From an uncultured Acidobacteriota bacterium (GTDB lineage: Bacteria > Actinomycetota > Acidimicrobiia > Spongiisociales > ZC4RG35): DNA of 64,000 nt. The notes below the pieces were generated by a model. That model worked only from the letters and a program-made list of their open reading frames with translations, was not told where the DNA came from and ran no database searches. How positions within the stretch are numbered: position 1 is the first letter of the stretch; each line of letters begins with the position of its first letter. The translations under genes and the position numbers were made by a program. The stretch covers positions 84,403-148,402 of the forward strand of contig CAVRWT010000005.1 in the NCBI GenBank assembly GCA_963724825.1, written 5' to 3'. This document shows, in pieces, positions 33,336-42,532 of the stretch.

Positions 33336-33874
33336 CGCCTGGTGCCGGCAGGCTCAGCCCGCACTGTGTGCCAGAAGGCCGTCGTGTAGCCCCATGCCGA
33401 GCCGACAGTGGCGATGACGGCAATCAACATCGCCCACTGGTCGAGATACCAGGGGCCCCAGGGCTCGGCCAACCTGAAGTAAGCCAGGAACAAGGCCACG
33501 AATTGGGTCGCCGTCTTGATCTTGCCCCAGGTCGAGGGGCGGATCAGGCCGCCCTGTGCCGCAACCACCCCGCGCAGGGCCATCACCCCGAACTCACGGA
33601 AGATGATCAGTGCAGCCGGCCACACCGACACCCGGTCGATCGACACCAGAGCGAGCAGAGTCCCGGTGACCAGGATCTTGTCTGCGGTGGTGTCGAGGAA
33701 GGCGCCAAGGACCGTGCCCCCACTGATCTTCCGGGCGAAATAGCCGTCGAGATAGTCGGTGAATGCGGCCAGCGCGAAAAGCCAGGCGGCGATGGCGAGG
33801 GAGTGAGGAATCTGCTCAGCCCTCGTGAACGCCATGATCACAGGCACCAGAAGGATCCTGGACAGCGCGAGCAT
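33332..33874 (-). CDS. CDP-alcohol phosphatidyltransferase family protein (PgsA-like)
   Basis: 180 aa. Signature DYLDGYFARK...GAFLDTTADK. The frame stays open upstream (DKIAASRGGLISLPD) with no canonical start codon. Confidence 0.88.
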   Translation of the reverse strand: MLALSRILLVPVIMAFTRAEQIPHSLAIAAWLFALAAFTDYLDGYFARKISGGTVLGAFLDTTADKILVTGTLLALVSIDRVSVWPAALIIFREFGVMALRGVVAAQGGLIRPSTWGKIKTATQFVALFLAYFRLAEPWGPWYLDQWAMLIAVIATVGSAWGYTTAFWHTVRAEPAGTRR

Positions 33875-33943
33875 GTCAGGCAGAGAGATGAGACCTCCTC
33901 GACTCGCTGCGATCTTATCGGTAGGCGCCGGCCAAACCCCGTG

Positions 33944-35434
33944 TCAAACCCATCCGAATGACCGTTCCACCGCTTGCTGCCATCGGGCGTAGAGCTGCTC
34001 CCGGTCACTCTCCGCCATTTGCGGCTGCCACCTCGAGCCCTCTTCCCAGAGTCGGGAGAGCTCGTCGAGATTCGCCCAGAGCCCTACGGCCAGACCGGCG
34101 GCGAAAGCGGCGCCGAGTGCGGTGGTCTCGGCGACGCGGGGCTTGATGACGTCAACTCCCAGGATGTCGGCCTGGAATTGCATGAGGAGCGAGTTGGAAG
34201 TCATCCCGCCATCCACTCTCAGCTCGGTCAAGCGGACCCCCGAGTCGGAGGTCATCGCGTCCAGAATGTCGCGTGTCTGGTAGGCGGTCGACTCGAGGGC
34301 GGCGCGGGCGATATGGCCGCGAGTGGCGTATCGGGTGAGGCCGGTGATGACACCTCGGGCGTCGGGACGCCAGTACGGGGCAAACAACCCCGAGAAGGCG
34401 GGGACGAAATAGACATCGCCGTTGTCCTCGACGGTGGAAGCCAGCCCCTCGATCTCGGAGGCGTCCTCGACCAGGCCGAGGTTGTCACGGAGCCATTGAA
34501 CCAGCGACCCGGTCACCGCCACCGAGCCCTCCAGGGCGTACACCGGCTTCTCACCAGAGCGTTGATAGGCCAAGGTCGTCAGCAGGCCCGCCTCGGAGAC
34601 CACCGGGGCCGGGCCGGTGTTGAGCAGCATGAAATTGCCGGTTCCGTATGTGTTTTTCGCCTCTCCTGGCCGGAAGCAGACCTGTCCGAAAAGTGCGGCG
34701 TGCTGGTCGCCGAGAATGGCGGCCAGAGGCACCCCCTCCAATGGCCCGACACAGGTGCCGAGCACCCCGATCGAGGGCATGATCTCGGGAAGCATCGCCG
34801 TCGGGACCTCCATCGCCACTGCGATGTCCGCATCCCAGGTGGTGGTGGCGAGATCCATGAGCAAGGTTCGAGAGGCGTTGGTGACATCGGTGATGTGGGC
34901 GCCCCGACCCGGCCCGCCGGTCAGGTTCCACGCGAGCCAGGAGTCGATGGTGCCGAAGGCCAGCTCGCCGCGGGCAGCCGCGTCGTGAAGGTCGAGCTGG
35001 TCGAGGAGCCAACGGATCTTGGGCCCTGAGAAGTAGGTCGCCAGAGGCAAACCGGTGACCGGGCGGAAGCGATCGGCTCCCCCGCCTTCGGCGAGGCGGG
35101 AGCAGATGTCCGCAGTCCTGGTGTCTTGCCAGACGATGGCATTGGCAACCGGGGTGCCGGTGGCCCGGTCCCACACCACTGTGGTCTCGCGCTGATTGGT
35201 GAGACCCACCGCTGCCAGGTCGGCAGCCCTCAGGCCGGCCTTGGAGAGGGCGCCTTCGATGACCGACACTGCCTTCGACCAGATCTCCAGCGGGTCGTGC
35301 TCCACCCAGCCGGGCCGGGGGAAGATCTGGGAATGCTCCTGTTGATCGACGGCGACCACGGCTCCCGACCCGTCGAAGACCATGAATCGGGTCGAGGTTG
35401 TGCCCTGATCCAGGGCGCCGACGAATTCAGGCAT
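33944..35434 (-). CDS. glpK: Glycerol kinase
   Basis: 496 aa. [15 protein letters not shown]...[11 protein letters not shown] and FGGY kinase motifs throughout. Confidence 0.97.
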   Translation of the reverse strand: MPEFVGALDQGTTSTRFMVFDGSGAVVAVDQQEHSQIFPRPGWVEHDPLEIWSKAVSVIEGALSKAGLRAADLAAVGLTNQRETTVVWDRATGTPVANAIVWQDTRTADICSRLAEGGGADRFRPVTGLPLATYFSGPKIRWLLDQLDLHDAAARGELAFGTIDSWLAWNLTGGPGRGAHITDVTNASRTLLMDLATTTWDADIAVAMEVPTAMLPEIMPSIGVLGTCVGPLEGVPLAAILGDQHAALFGQVCFRPGEAKNTYGTGNFMLLNTGPAPVVSEAGLLTTLAYQRSGEKPVYALEGSVAVTGSLVQWLRDNLGLVEDASEIEGLASTVEDNGDVYFVPAFSGLFAPYWRPDARGVITGLTRYATRGHIARAALESTAYQTRDILDAMTSDSGVRLTELRVDGGMTSNSLLMQFQADILGVDVIKPRVAETTALGAAFAAGLAVGLWANLDELSRLWEEGSRWQPQMAESDREQLYARWQQAVERSFGWV

Positions 35435-35498
35435 GGTGCGACGTTATAGGGAATCTCCCCAAGCCTTTCCCAATGCAGCAAGCGTCGTATGCGACGCC

Positions 35499-36083
35499 TC
35501 ATGCATAGGAAAGCGGGTCGCGACCGCGGAGGGCGGCCATCTCCTGGGCCCGGGCCGGGTCGCTGAGCCAGAGCTGAGCAACATCAGCCGCCTCCTCGAG
35601 GATGACCTCGACTTCGGCCCGCTCTGCCTTGGCAAAGGGGCGAAGCACGAAGTCGGCCGGATCCATCGACCCCGGCGGCCGACCGACCCCGATCTTGAGC
35701 CGGCTGAACTCAGTCGTTCCCAACGCCTTCTCCAGAGAGCGGATCCCGTTGTGGCCGCCACTTCCCCCGTTCACCTGGAGTCGAAGACGGCCGAAGGCGA
35801 GGTCGATGTCGTCATGGAGCACCAGCGCCCGGGAGAGGTCGACTCCGTAGTAGTCCACCGCGGCCCTCACCGCCGAGCCAGAGTCATTCATGAAAGTCGA
35901 CGGCACCACCGCCAGAAACCGACTCTCGCCGACACCGATCTGGGCAACCTCGCAACGGAGCCGGGATGGGGCCCTGGAGAATTTGGCGTCATGGCGGCCG
36001 GCCAACCTGGCCACCGCCTCGTATCCGGCGTTGTGCCTGGTTCCCTCGTAATCGGTCCCCGGGTTACGGAGACCGATCACCAT
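35499..36083 (-). CDS. pth: Aminoacyl-tRNA (peptidyl-tRNA) hydrolase
   Basis: Starts at MVIGLRNPGTDYEGTRHNAGY (ATG 36081-36083). Classical Pth N-terminus. Confidence 0.93.
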   Translation of the reverse strand: MVIGLRNPGTDYEGTRHNAGYEAVARLAGRHDAKFSRAPSRLRCEVAQIGVGESRFLAVVPSTFMNDSGSAVRAAVDYYGVDLSRALVLHDDIDLAFGRLRLQVNGGSGGHNGIRSLEKALGTTEFSRLKIGVGRPPGSMDPADFVLRPFAKAERAEVEVILEEAADVAQLWLSDPARAQEMAALRGRDPLSYA

Positions 36084-36093
36084 GTGAACCTGG

Positions 36094-36756
36094 CTATTCG
36101 CCGCTTTCGCCTTCTTGCGCGTCCTCAGCAGCCTGCTCACCCTCCGCTGGCTCCTCTCCCTCACCCTCGAGCTCAGCCTCGGCTTCCTCGACCACTTCCG
36201 CGGCCATTGTCGTGACGCTCATCACGACGGCATCGGGATCCTCGGTGTAGGTGACGCCCTCGATCACCGGCAGGTCGGCGATTCGGAGCGACTCGCCGAT
36301 CTCAACCTCCGAGACGTCGAGCATGATCGCCGAGGGGATGGCATTCGGCAGTGCCTCGATGACGACATGGGTGCGTTGCGGCGAGAACACGCCACCGTTG
36401 GTGACTCCAATTGGCGAGCCTTCGAAGTGGATCGCCACTTCGGCGGTGACGATCTCGTCGAGAGAAACCGTGACGAAGTCGATGTGTCGGTACTCGTTGC
36501 GGAAGGGGTGGCGCTCGATCACCCGGGCCATAGTGAGGAGGGTGGCGCCTCCTTCGATCTCGAGGTTGATCAGGGCGTTGGCCCCGGCCTCGGTGTGAAG
36601 CACGACATGCAGATCGTGGGCGTTGACTGCGATCGAGACCGGGTCGGTGCCCTTGCCGTAGACGATGGCAGGCACGTCGCCCGTCTTGCGGACGCGACGC
36701 GAGTCGCGCGATCCGGTGCTCCGCCCGGTTTGGGCGCGCAGACTGACTTCGGGCAT
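36094..36756 (-). CDS. rplY: 50S ribosomal protein L25/general stress protein Ctc
   Basis: Starts at MPEVSLRAQTGRSTGSRDSRRVRKTGDVPAIVYGKG (ATG 36754-36756). Acidic C-terminal tail. Adjacent to pth, as in other Actinobacteria. Confidence 0.93.
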   Translation of the reverse strand: MPEVSLRAQTGRSTGSRDSRRVRKTGDVPAIVYGKGTDPVSIAVNAHDLHVVLHTEAGANALINLEIEGGATLLTMARVIERHPFRNEYRHIDFVTVSLDEIVTAEVAIHFEGSPIGVTNGGVFSPQRTHVVIEALPNAIPSAIMLDVSEVEIGESLRIADLPVIEGVTYTEDPDAVVMSVTTMAAEVVEEAEAELEGEGEEPAEGEQAAEDAQEGESGE

Positions 36757-36790
36757 CGAAAGACTCCTTGGAGGAAGAGGTGGGTGCCAA

Positions 36791-37453
36791 TTATGGCGTG
36801 ATGCCGTCTCTTGTGCCAGACGAGACCTCGCCGATCCAGGCCACGGATCGGGAGGTGAGATGCTCGAACATCGAGGCTTCGGACCAGCCGCCACCGGTCA
36901 GCGAGTGAGTGGCTCCGTCCATGATGTCGATGGTCGCATTGGGGAGGGAGGCAATGTGCGTTTCGAAGAGATCCATCCGGCTCAGCGAGTCTCTCGTCCC
37001 CTGGAAGAAGAGGAGTGGGACCGCAACCTGCGGGAAGTGGGACACCCGTAACGATTCGGGCTTCCCCGGCGGGTGCAGCGGGTAGGCGTACAGGATCACG
37101 CCCGCCGCCGGATACCCCTCGGCGACGAGATAGGTGGCCATTCGCCCCCCCATCGACCTCCCGGCCAGGAACAACGAGTCGACCCGTGCCCGCAACGCAT
37201 CGGCCGCCGACCGGTGACACTCGACCAAGCGCTCCGCTCGATCAGGGCTCTTCGAGCCTCGTTCGGTGTACGGGTAGTTGAAGGTCAGCACCAGAAGCCC
37301 GGCCGCCGCCAGACGATCGCGGAGCCCGACGATCACCCGATGATCCTGGTTGGTGCCCGCCCCGTGGGCCAGGAGCAACCCGGTGGGCCCATCCCCTGCG
37401 AGGCGCCCACTCACCTCGCCGCCTGACCATGGAATGCCGACGTTGACGACCAC
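36791..37453 (-). CDS. Alpha/beta hydrolase family protein
   Basis: LLLAHGAGTNQDH..., nucleophile elbow GRSMGG, and C-terminal ...DGATHSL. The start was placed at GTG 37451-37453, so the start is uncertain. Confidence 0.7.
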   Translation of the reverse strand: MVVNVGIPWSGGEVSGRLAGDGPTGLLLAHGAGTNQDHRVIVGLRDRLAAAGLLVLTFNYPYTERGSKSPDRAERLVECHRSAADALRARVDSLFLAGRSMGGRMATYLVAEGYPAAGVILYAYPLHPPGKPESLRVSHFPQVAVPLLFFQGTRDSLSRMDLFETHIASLPNATIDIMDGATHSLTGGGWSEASMFEHLTSRSVAWIGEVSSGTRDGITP

Positions 37454-37487
37454 GTGCTCAATGTAAAGCGTTCGGTACCGTTGCCGT

Positions 37488-38162
37488 GTGGAGCTTCTCG
37501 TCCATGACACCGCCGAGGCGGCAACCGACGCCGCCTCGAAACGCATCGCCGCCCTCGTATCGAACGCAGGGGAACGCTTGTCCTTCGGCCTGGCCGGAGG
37601 TTCGGCGGCCGAAGCCACCTATCGAATGCTTCGGGGAAGGGCGAGCGGTTGGGACAAGGTCGACGTCTGGCTGTCGGACGAGCGATGGGTAGCCCCGGAC
37701 AACGAGCGCTCCAATGGGAGGATGATCGCGACGACGCTCCTCGATCATGTCTCCGCCAACTTCATCAGGCCAAGGTGGAGCGAGTACATGGAGCCAAGGG
37801 ATGGGGCAGCCCACTATGAGGCGCGGCTTCGCTCTCTGCATCTCGACAGATCCCCGGACCTGATCATGCTCGGGATGGGCGCCGATGCCCATGTCGCATC
37901 ACTGTTTCCGGGAGCGCCCGCCCTGGCCGAAGCCAGCCGGTGGTATGTCGCGACCCGTGGGCCCGGCGACGAGGACCGCATCTCTGCAACGTATCCGCTG
38001 CTGGGGCAGGCGGACCTGGTGATGGTGGTGACGCTCGGAATCGAAAAGGCGGCGGCGCTCAAGGAGAGCTTCGAGAATGGCACGCCTGCGGGGCGCCTGA
38101 GGGAAGCCAATGGGGATGTCGAGTGGTACGTGGATCGAGACGCCGCTTCTCTCCTCTCCTGA
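37488..38162 (+). CDS. pgl: 6-phosphogluconolactonase
   Basis: 224 aa, GTG start. FGLAGGS...WDKVDVWLSDERWV...MLGMGADAHVASLFPG are typical of DevB/Pgl. Confidence 0.85.
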   Translation: MELLVHDTAEAATDAASKRIAALVSNAGERLSFGLAGGSAAEATYRMLRGRASGWDKVDVWLSDERWVAPDNERSNGRMIATTLLDHVSANFIRPRWSEYMEPRDGAAHYEARLRSLHLDRSPDLIMLGMGADAHVASLFPGAPALAEASRWYVATRGPGDEDRISATYPLLGQADLVMVVTLGIEKAAALKESFENGTPAGRLREANGDVEWYVDRDAASLLS

Positions 38163-39052
38163 CTGCGTCTTTGCTGGTCGTCGCCTTGGCAGCGTGTGAC
38201 ACCGCCGGCGAGGTTGAATCCGCAACCACCGAGCCACTCGTGACGACGGTGGGGCCGACCGCGACTTCGACCTCCGCATCCACGACGACCACCTCCACGA
38301 CGACGACGACCACAACAACGGTGCCGACCACCACGACGACGGTCCCGCCGCCCCTGCCCGAGATCGATGCCCAGGTCCTGGTCCCTGAGGGTGCCGGGCC
38401 GTTCCCGGCCGTGGTCCTGGTGCACGGTGGCGGATGGGTCGCCGGGGATTCCTCGATCATGCGGCCGCTGGCCGAGTACCTGACCGATGAGGGCTTCCTG
38501 ACCGTGAACACCAACTACATGCTCTCAGGGGAAGAGCCCGGTTTCCCAGCCGCCGTCGACGATGTGGCGTGCGCAGTTCGCTATGCGGCGGCGCATCCCG
38601 ACTCGGACGGAACTGTCGTCGTCCTCGGCCACTCGGCCGGCGCCCATTTGGGAGCGGTGGTCGCCCTCAACGGAGACGACTACACCGGTTCGTGCCCGAT
38701 CGCCGGATCCGGCATCCCCGATCGACTGGTCGGGCTGGCGGGGCCCTATGACGTCGCCCGGCTGGGGCTCCTGATGTACCCGTTCTTCGGGGCCGGGCCA
38801 GCCGACGACCCGGAGGCCTGGCGCGAGGGCAACCCGCTCAATCTCGTCGACCAGAACCCCGACCTCGACAGCCTCCTGATGTACGGCGAAGAGGACGGGT
38901 TCGTCGAGCCGTCCTTTGCGTTCGACTTCGCTGATGCCCTCACCGGCGCCGGTTCGGAGGCCTTGGTCGAGGGCGTCGAAGGCGCCCAGCACAACGACAT
39001 GTACCTGCCTCGATTTGTCGGAGATCTGATCGCGACCTGGCTGGAGCGCTGA
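38123..39052 (+). CDS. Alpha/beta hydrolase (esterase/lipase-type) lipoprotein with poly-Thr linker
   Basis: In-frame GTG at 38123 gives the signal VVRGSRRRFSPLLTASLLVVALAAC (lipobox). This is followed by a TTTTSTTTTTTTTVPTTTTTVPPP linker, HGGGW oxyanion motif and GHSAGA nucleophile elbow. Overlaps the pgl 3' end by 40 nt. Confidence 0.8.
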   Translation: MVRGSRRRFSPLLTASLLVVALAACDTAGEVESATTEPLVTTVGPTATSTSASTTTTSTTTTTTTTVPTTTTTVPPPLPEIDAQVLVPEGAGPFPAVVLVHGGGWVAGDSSIMRPLAEYLTDEGFLTVNTNYMLSGEEPGFPAAVDDVACAVRYAAAHPDSDGTVVVLGHSAGAHLGAVVALNGDDYTGSCPIAGSGIPDRLVGLAGPYDVARLGLLMYPFFGAGPADDPEAWREGNPLNLVDQNPDLDSLLMYGEEDGFVEPSFAFDFADALTGAGSEALVEGVEGAQHNDMYLPRFVGDLIATWLER

Positions 39053-39061
39053 GGCTCGCGG

Positions 39062-39469
39062 TCAGGTCGGTTCGACGCCGGGCGGAAGGATCCAGGCGCT
39101 GTTGTGCTGGGTCATCCCGATCCTGGGGTAATAGTCCACTGCCTTTGGAGCGGCAAGGAGGATGACGGTCGCTTGTGGCGTCTCCTGGCGTGTCCTGCGC
39201 ACCAGTTCCTTGCCTATGCCCTGATGCTGATAGTCCAGCCTCACCGCGAGGTCGGAGAGATAGGTGCAATAGACCCAATCGGTGACCGATCGGGAGATGC
39301 CCACCATGAGATCCCCATCCCAGGCGGTTACCACCAAATCGGCCTGTTCCAACATGGCCCTCATCCGCTCCCGCTCGCCAACCGGGCGCCGCTCACCGAT
39401 GGTGGAATCGATGTAGAGGTCGATGACGGCATCGAGGTCGAGGTCATTGCCCAATTGATAGGTGATCAC
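39062..39469 (-). CDS. GNAT family N-acetyltransferase
   Basis: 135 aa. Acetyl-CoA binding motif (VRLDYQHQGIGKELV). Confidence 0.85.
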   Translation of the reverse strand: MITYQLGNDLDLDAVIDLYIDSTIGERRPVGERERMRAMLEQADLVVTAWDGDLMVGISRSVTDWVYCTYLSDLAVRLDYQHQGIGKELVRRTRQETPQATVILLAAPKAVDYYPRIGMTQHNSAWILPPGVEPT

Positions 39470-39513
39470 GGGACTGAGAGTAGGAGGGGGGCACCTCGGC
39501 GCACGGCCTTAGA

Positions 39514-40206
39514 TCAGCCCGCTCCGGCGATCTCGTCGAGAAACCAGTCCAGCATCCGCTCCAACGAGGGTTGGGTGGTCTTCTCCAGCAGGCGGCTCTC
39601 CTCGATCACCTCGTCAGGGTCGATGCCGACATCCACCATCTCCTCACCACCATCGACCTCACACCACGACGCGATCAGCCCGGCGGTCATCTCAGGGTGG
39701 AACTGGACGGCGAGGTTCTTCCCCGATTGGAAAGCCTGCAGGCCCGAGGCGTTGCGAGCCAATTCGATCGCGCCAGGAGGAAGGGTGAACTCGTCATGGT
39801 GATACTGAAACCAGGGCCCGCCGGCGATCTCGTCGACCTGAGATTCGATGCTCACCCAGCCATATTCCGGGCGGCTCGCCCGAGTGACCTTCCCCCCCAT
39901 CGCAGCGGACATCGCTTGTGCGCCGAAACAGATGCCGAGAATGGGCACACCGGAACTGGCCTGGCGCCGGATGAATTCGAGCTCGGGGCCGACCCAGCCC
40001 TGCAGCCGGTCCTCGTACACCGACCAAGGCGAGCCCATCAGGACCACCAGGTCGTGCCCGTTTTCCGGGAAGGTCGCCGTCACCTCCGGATGATTGATGT
40101 CCTCGACGACGACGAAAGGCTCGAGTCGGGCGCCGCGCCGTTCCAGATGCTCGCCCACCCGATCGGGAGTCGAGAGCGGGTCGTGTTCGATGACGAGAGC
40201 CCGCAT
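39514..40206 (-). CDS. Type 1 glutamine amidotransferase (class I GATase/C26-like)
   Basis: 230 aa. Nucleophile elbow ILGICFGAQ and C-terminal FHPE motif. Confidence 0.85.
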   Translation of the reverse strand: MRALVIEHDPLSTPDRVGEHLERRGARLEPFVVVEDINHPEVTATFPENGHDLVVLMGSPWSVYEDRLQGWVGPELEFIRRQASSGVPILGICFGAQAMSAAMGGKVTRASRPEYGWVSIESQVDEIAGGPWFQYHHDEFTLPPGAIELARNASGLQAFQSGKNLAVQFHPEMTAGLIASWCEVDGGEEMVDVGIDPDEVIEESRLLEKTTQPSLERMLDWFLDEIAGAG

Positions 40207-40292
40207 CTATTGAGTTTATCAATGCGACCCGTTGATACTGTCACCGACCGCGAGAGCACACGCCCGTCCGGCGCCGAGCAGGAGGCAGCCTT

Positions 40293-41579
40293 CTGAGTGA
40301 CAACAGCTACGACCGGGTTCGCTTCCTCTGGCCTGACCATCTCGGTCTCGCCCGTGGCAAGTACCTGTCCGGGCAACGGGCGGCCGAGGGAAGCAACCAC
40401 TGCGTGGCTCTCTTCTCCCTTCAACTGAACCGGGTGGAAGTCGCCCACCCCGGTGCCCATCTCGAAAGCCATCCGGATGTCGAAGCCCGATTCTCGCTCG
40501 ACGACGTGAGACCGGGCTGGGAAAAGGGAACCGGTGTGGTCGTGGCATCGATCACCAAAGATGGGACCCCGGTCGAGCTTGCCCCTCGGTCGATTCTGGA
40601 GAGAGTGATCGGCGAATGGGAGGAGCTGGGACTGAGTCCGATGATCGGATTCGAGTTGGAGGCATTCCTCTTCGAACCCGACGGCAATCGTGGATGGCGA
40701 CCAATCCACACCCCAGGCTCATATGCGTACGGCACCGGCACCTCGATGGATCCCACGGGCACTATCGATGAGATCATGGAGACCGCGCTGGAGATGGGGT
40801 TGGAACTGGAGTCGGTCAACTCCGAGTACGACGACGGGCAGTTCGAGCTCACCCTCCGCTACGACAAGGCCCTGCAGGCGGCCGACGACGCCTTCCTCTT
40901 CAAGGTGATGGCCCGCGAGGTGGCTGCCAAACGCGGCTACCTGCTCTCCTTCCTCGGCAAACCCCTCACCGAGCGGGGAGGGAGCGGGATCCACGTCAAT
41001 TTCTCGCTGCTGGACAGAGACGGGAAGAACGCCTTCAGCGATGCAGAGGCACCCGACGGGTTGAGCGACTTGGCTCGGCACTGCATCGCCGGAATGGTTC
41101 ACGATCACACCTCGATGACTGCTCTGGTGGCACCGACGGTCAATGCGTACAAGCGTCTCAGGCCGGGCTCGCTCAACGGCTACTACGCCAACTGGGGAGT
41201 CGATCATCGGGGGGTTGCCGTCCGGGTGCCACCTGCCGAGGGGTCAGGCACCAGGCTCGAACATCGATTGGCCGATGGCGCGACCTCGGTCCATGTGGCC
41301 GCGGCCGCCGCGCTCGTGGCTGCCCTGCGCGGCGTTCGCCTCGAGCTCGAGTGCCCACCGGCCGAGTCGCAGGATTGCATCACGGGTGCTGACGCCGACA
41401 TGATGGCTCCGCCCAGTCTGGGGGCCGCCCTGGATGCATTGGAGAGCGACAAGGAGTTCGTCGAGGCCTTCTCACCGGGCTACGTAGAGGGGTTCTTGGC
41501 GGTAAAGCGGGCGGAGTGGGATCGCTACATGGCACACACCACCGATTGGGAGCTCGAGGAGTACTTCCCCTACTACTGA
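40293..41579 (+). CDS. Glutamine synthetase family protein (GlnA3/PuuA-like gamma-glutamyl ligase candidate)
   Basis: GS catalytic-domain motifs (NSEYDDGQFELTL, KPLTERGGSGIHVNFSL, NAYKRL, RVP...TRLEHR). The conserved N-terminal segment SDNSYDRVRFLWPDHLGLARGKYL lies upstream of the first canonical start (GTG 40404), in a frame with no ATG/GTG/TTG. The start is therefore provisional: CTG 40293 after AGGAGG 40280-40285. Confidence 0.8.
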   Translation: MSDNSYDRVRFLWPDHLGLARGKYLSGQRAAEGSNHCVALFSLQLNRVEVAHPGAHLESHPDVEARFSLDDVRPGWEKGTGVVVASITKDGTPVELAPRSILERVIGEWEELGLSPMIGFELEAFLFEPDGNRGWRPIHTPGSYAYGTGTSMDPTGTIDEIMETALEMGLELESVNSEYDDGQFELTLRYDKALQAADDAFLFKVMAREVAAKRGYLLSFLGKPLTERGGSGIHVNFSLLDRDGKNAFSDAEAPDGLSDLARHCIAGMVHDHTSMTALVAPTVNAYKRLRPGSLNGYYANWGVDHRGVAVRVPPAEGSGTRLEHRLADGATSVHVAAAAALVAALRGVRLELECPPAESQDCITGADADMMAPPSLGAALDALESDKEFVEAFSPGYVEGFLAVKRAEWDRYMAHTTDWELEEYFPYY

Positions 41580-42465
41580 TCAGATCGTGGTGATGTCGCG
41601 GGGCGCCATACGCGGCCCGAACTTCGGCTCGTGGCCGAGGGTGTGCAGCAGCCGGACCACCCGCCCCCGTCTGCGGCCGGAATGGCTCGAGCAACTCCAA
41701 CATCTCCTCGTCGCTGCCCCGGGGCCGACCGGTCATGTGACTCACCACGATGTGCTTGACGTGGAAGTCGCCAACCTCCACCTGGTCGGGGTCGCCGTGG
41801 GAGACCATCAAGGTCTTGGCGACAGTCCACGGGCCCACGCCGATGTGACGCTCGAGGATGGGTGCCGCCATAGCCGGAGACTGGCTGGCCGACGCCTCGA
41901 TCGAGGTGAAGTCACGCGACACCCGGCGCAGGACATCGGCCCGCCTCTTCTCCAGATGCAGTTCGTGAAGGGCCCAGTAGGGCGCCGCCGCCATCTTCTC
42001 CGGATCCGGCGGCAGCAACAGGCCGGGGCGCGGTCCCGGCGCCGGATCGCCGTAGGCCCGCCTCAGGCCGCGCATCGCCGATGTGGCTTCGCTCCCGGTC
42101 ACCTTTTGACCCACGATCGCCGCCACCAGCGCATCGAACACCAGGCCGGTACTGCCAAATCGCATCCCGGGGTGCCGGTGGTGGAGGTCTGACACCAGGG
42201 GATGATCGGTGCTGAAGAGGGTCGGATCATCGTTGAGGCCGCTGATCGCGCCGGCAGAGGCCAGCAGCCACCCTGCCCCCTCGCCCCAAGCCTCCCCGAT
42301 GACATGATCCCGGGTGCGGCGGATCCGAAGCGAGCCCGGCCCTTCCGGGGTCCGGGCGGTCAGCCACCACCCGTCGTCGGCAAACCAACCATGGAGGGGC
42401 CTCAAGGTGCTGCGCAGGTCGAGAGCCCCGGTGATGGGCAGTTCCACGGTCTCCACGATTGGCAT
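41580..42465 (-). pseudogene. DNA-3-methyladenine glycosylase II-like (HhH-GPD/AlkA family), frameshifted near the 3' end
   Basis: MPIVETVELP...LVAAIVGQKVTG...IGVGPWTVAKTLMVSHGDPDQVEVGDFHV...LLEPFRPQ then continues in another frame as RVVRLLHTLGHEPKFGPRMAPRDITTI, with its stop at 41580-41582. Junction at the C5 run 41664-41668. Confidence 0.75.
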
Positions 42466-42532
42466 GATCGTCCCCCGACGGGCATAGCCACGCATCCAGC
42501 GAGGTTCACGCCTCAGACAGAAGGGAATGTGA

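Noticed and set aside
38270-38350. ACG/ACC-rich tandem repeats, as possible VNTR or CRISPR-like repeats.
   Set aside because: They are in-frame coding sequence for poly-Thr linkers, with no spacer/repeat periodicity. I saw no CRISPR-like array anywhere in the window.
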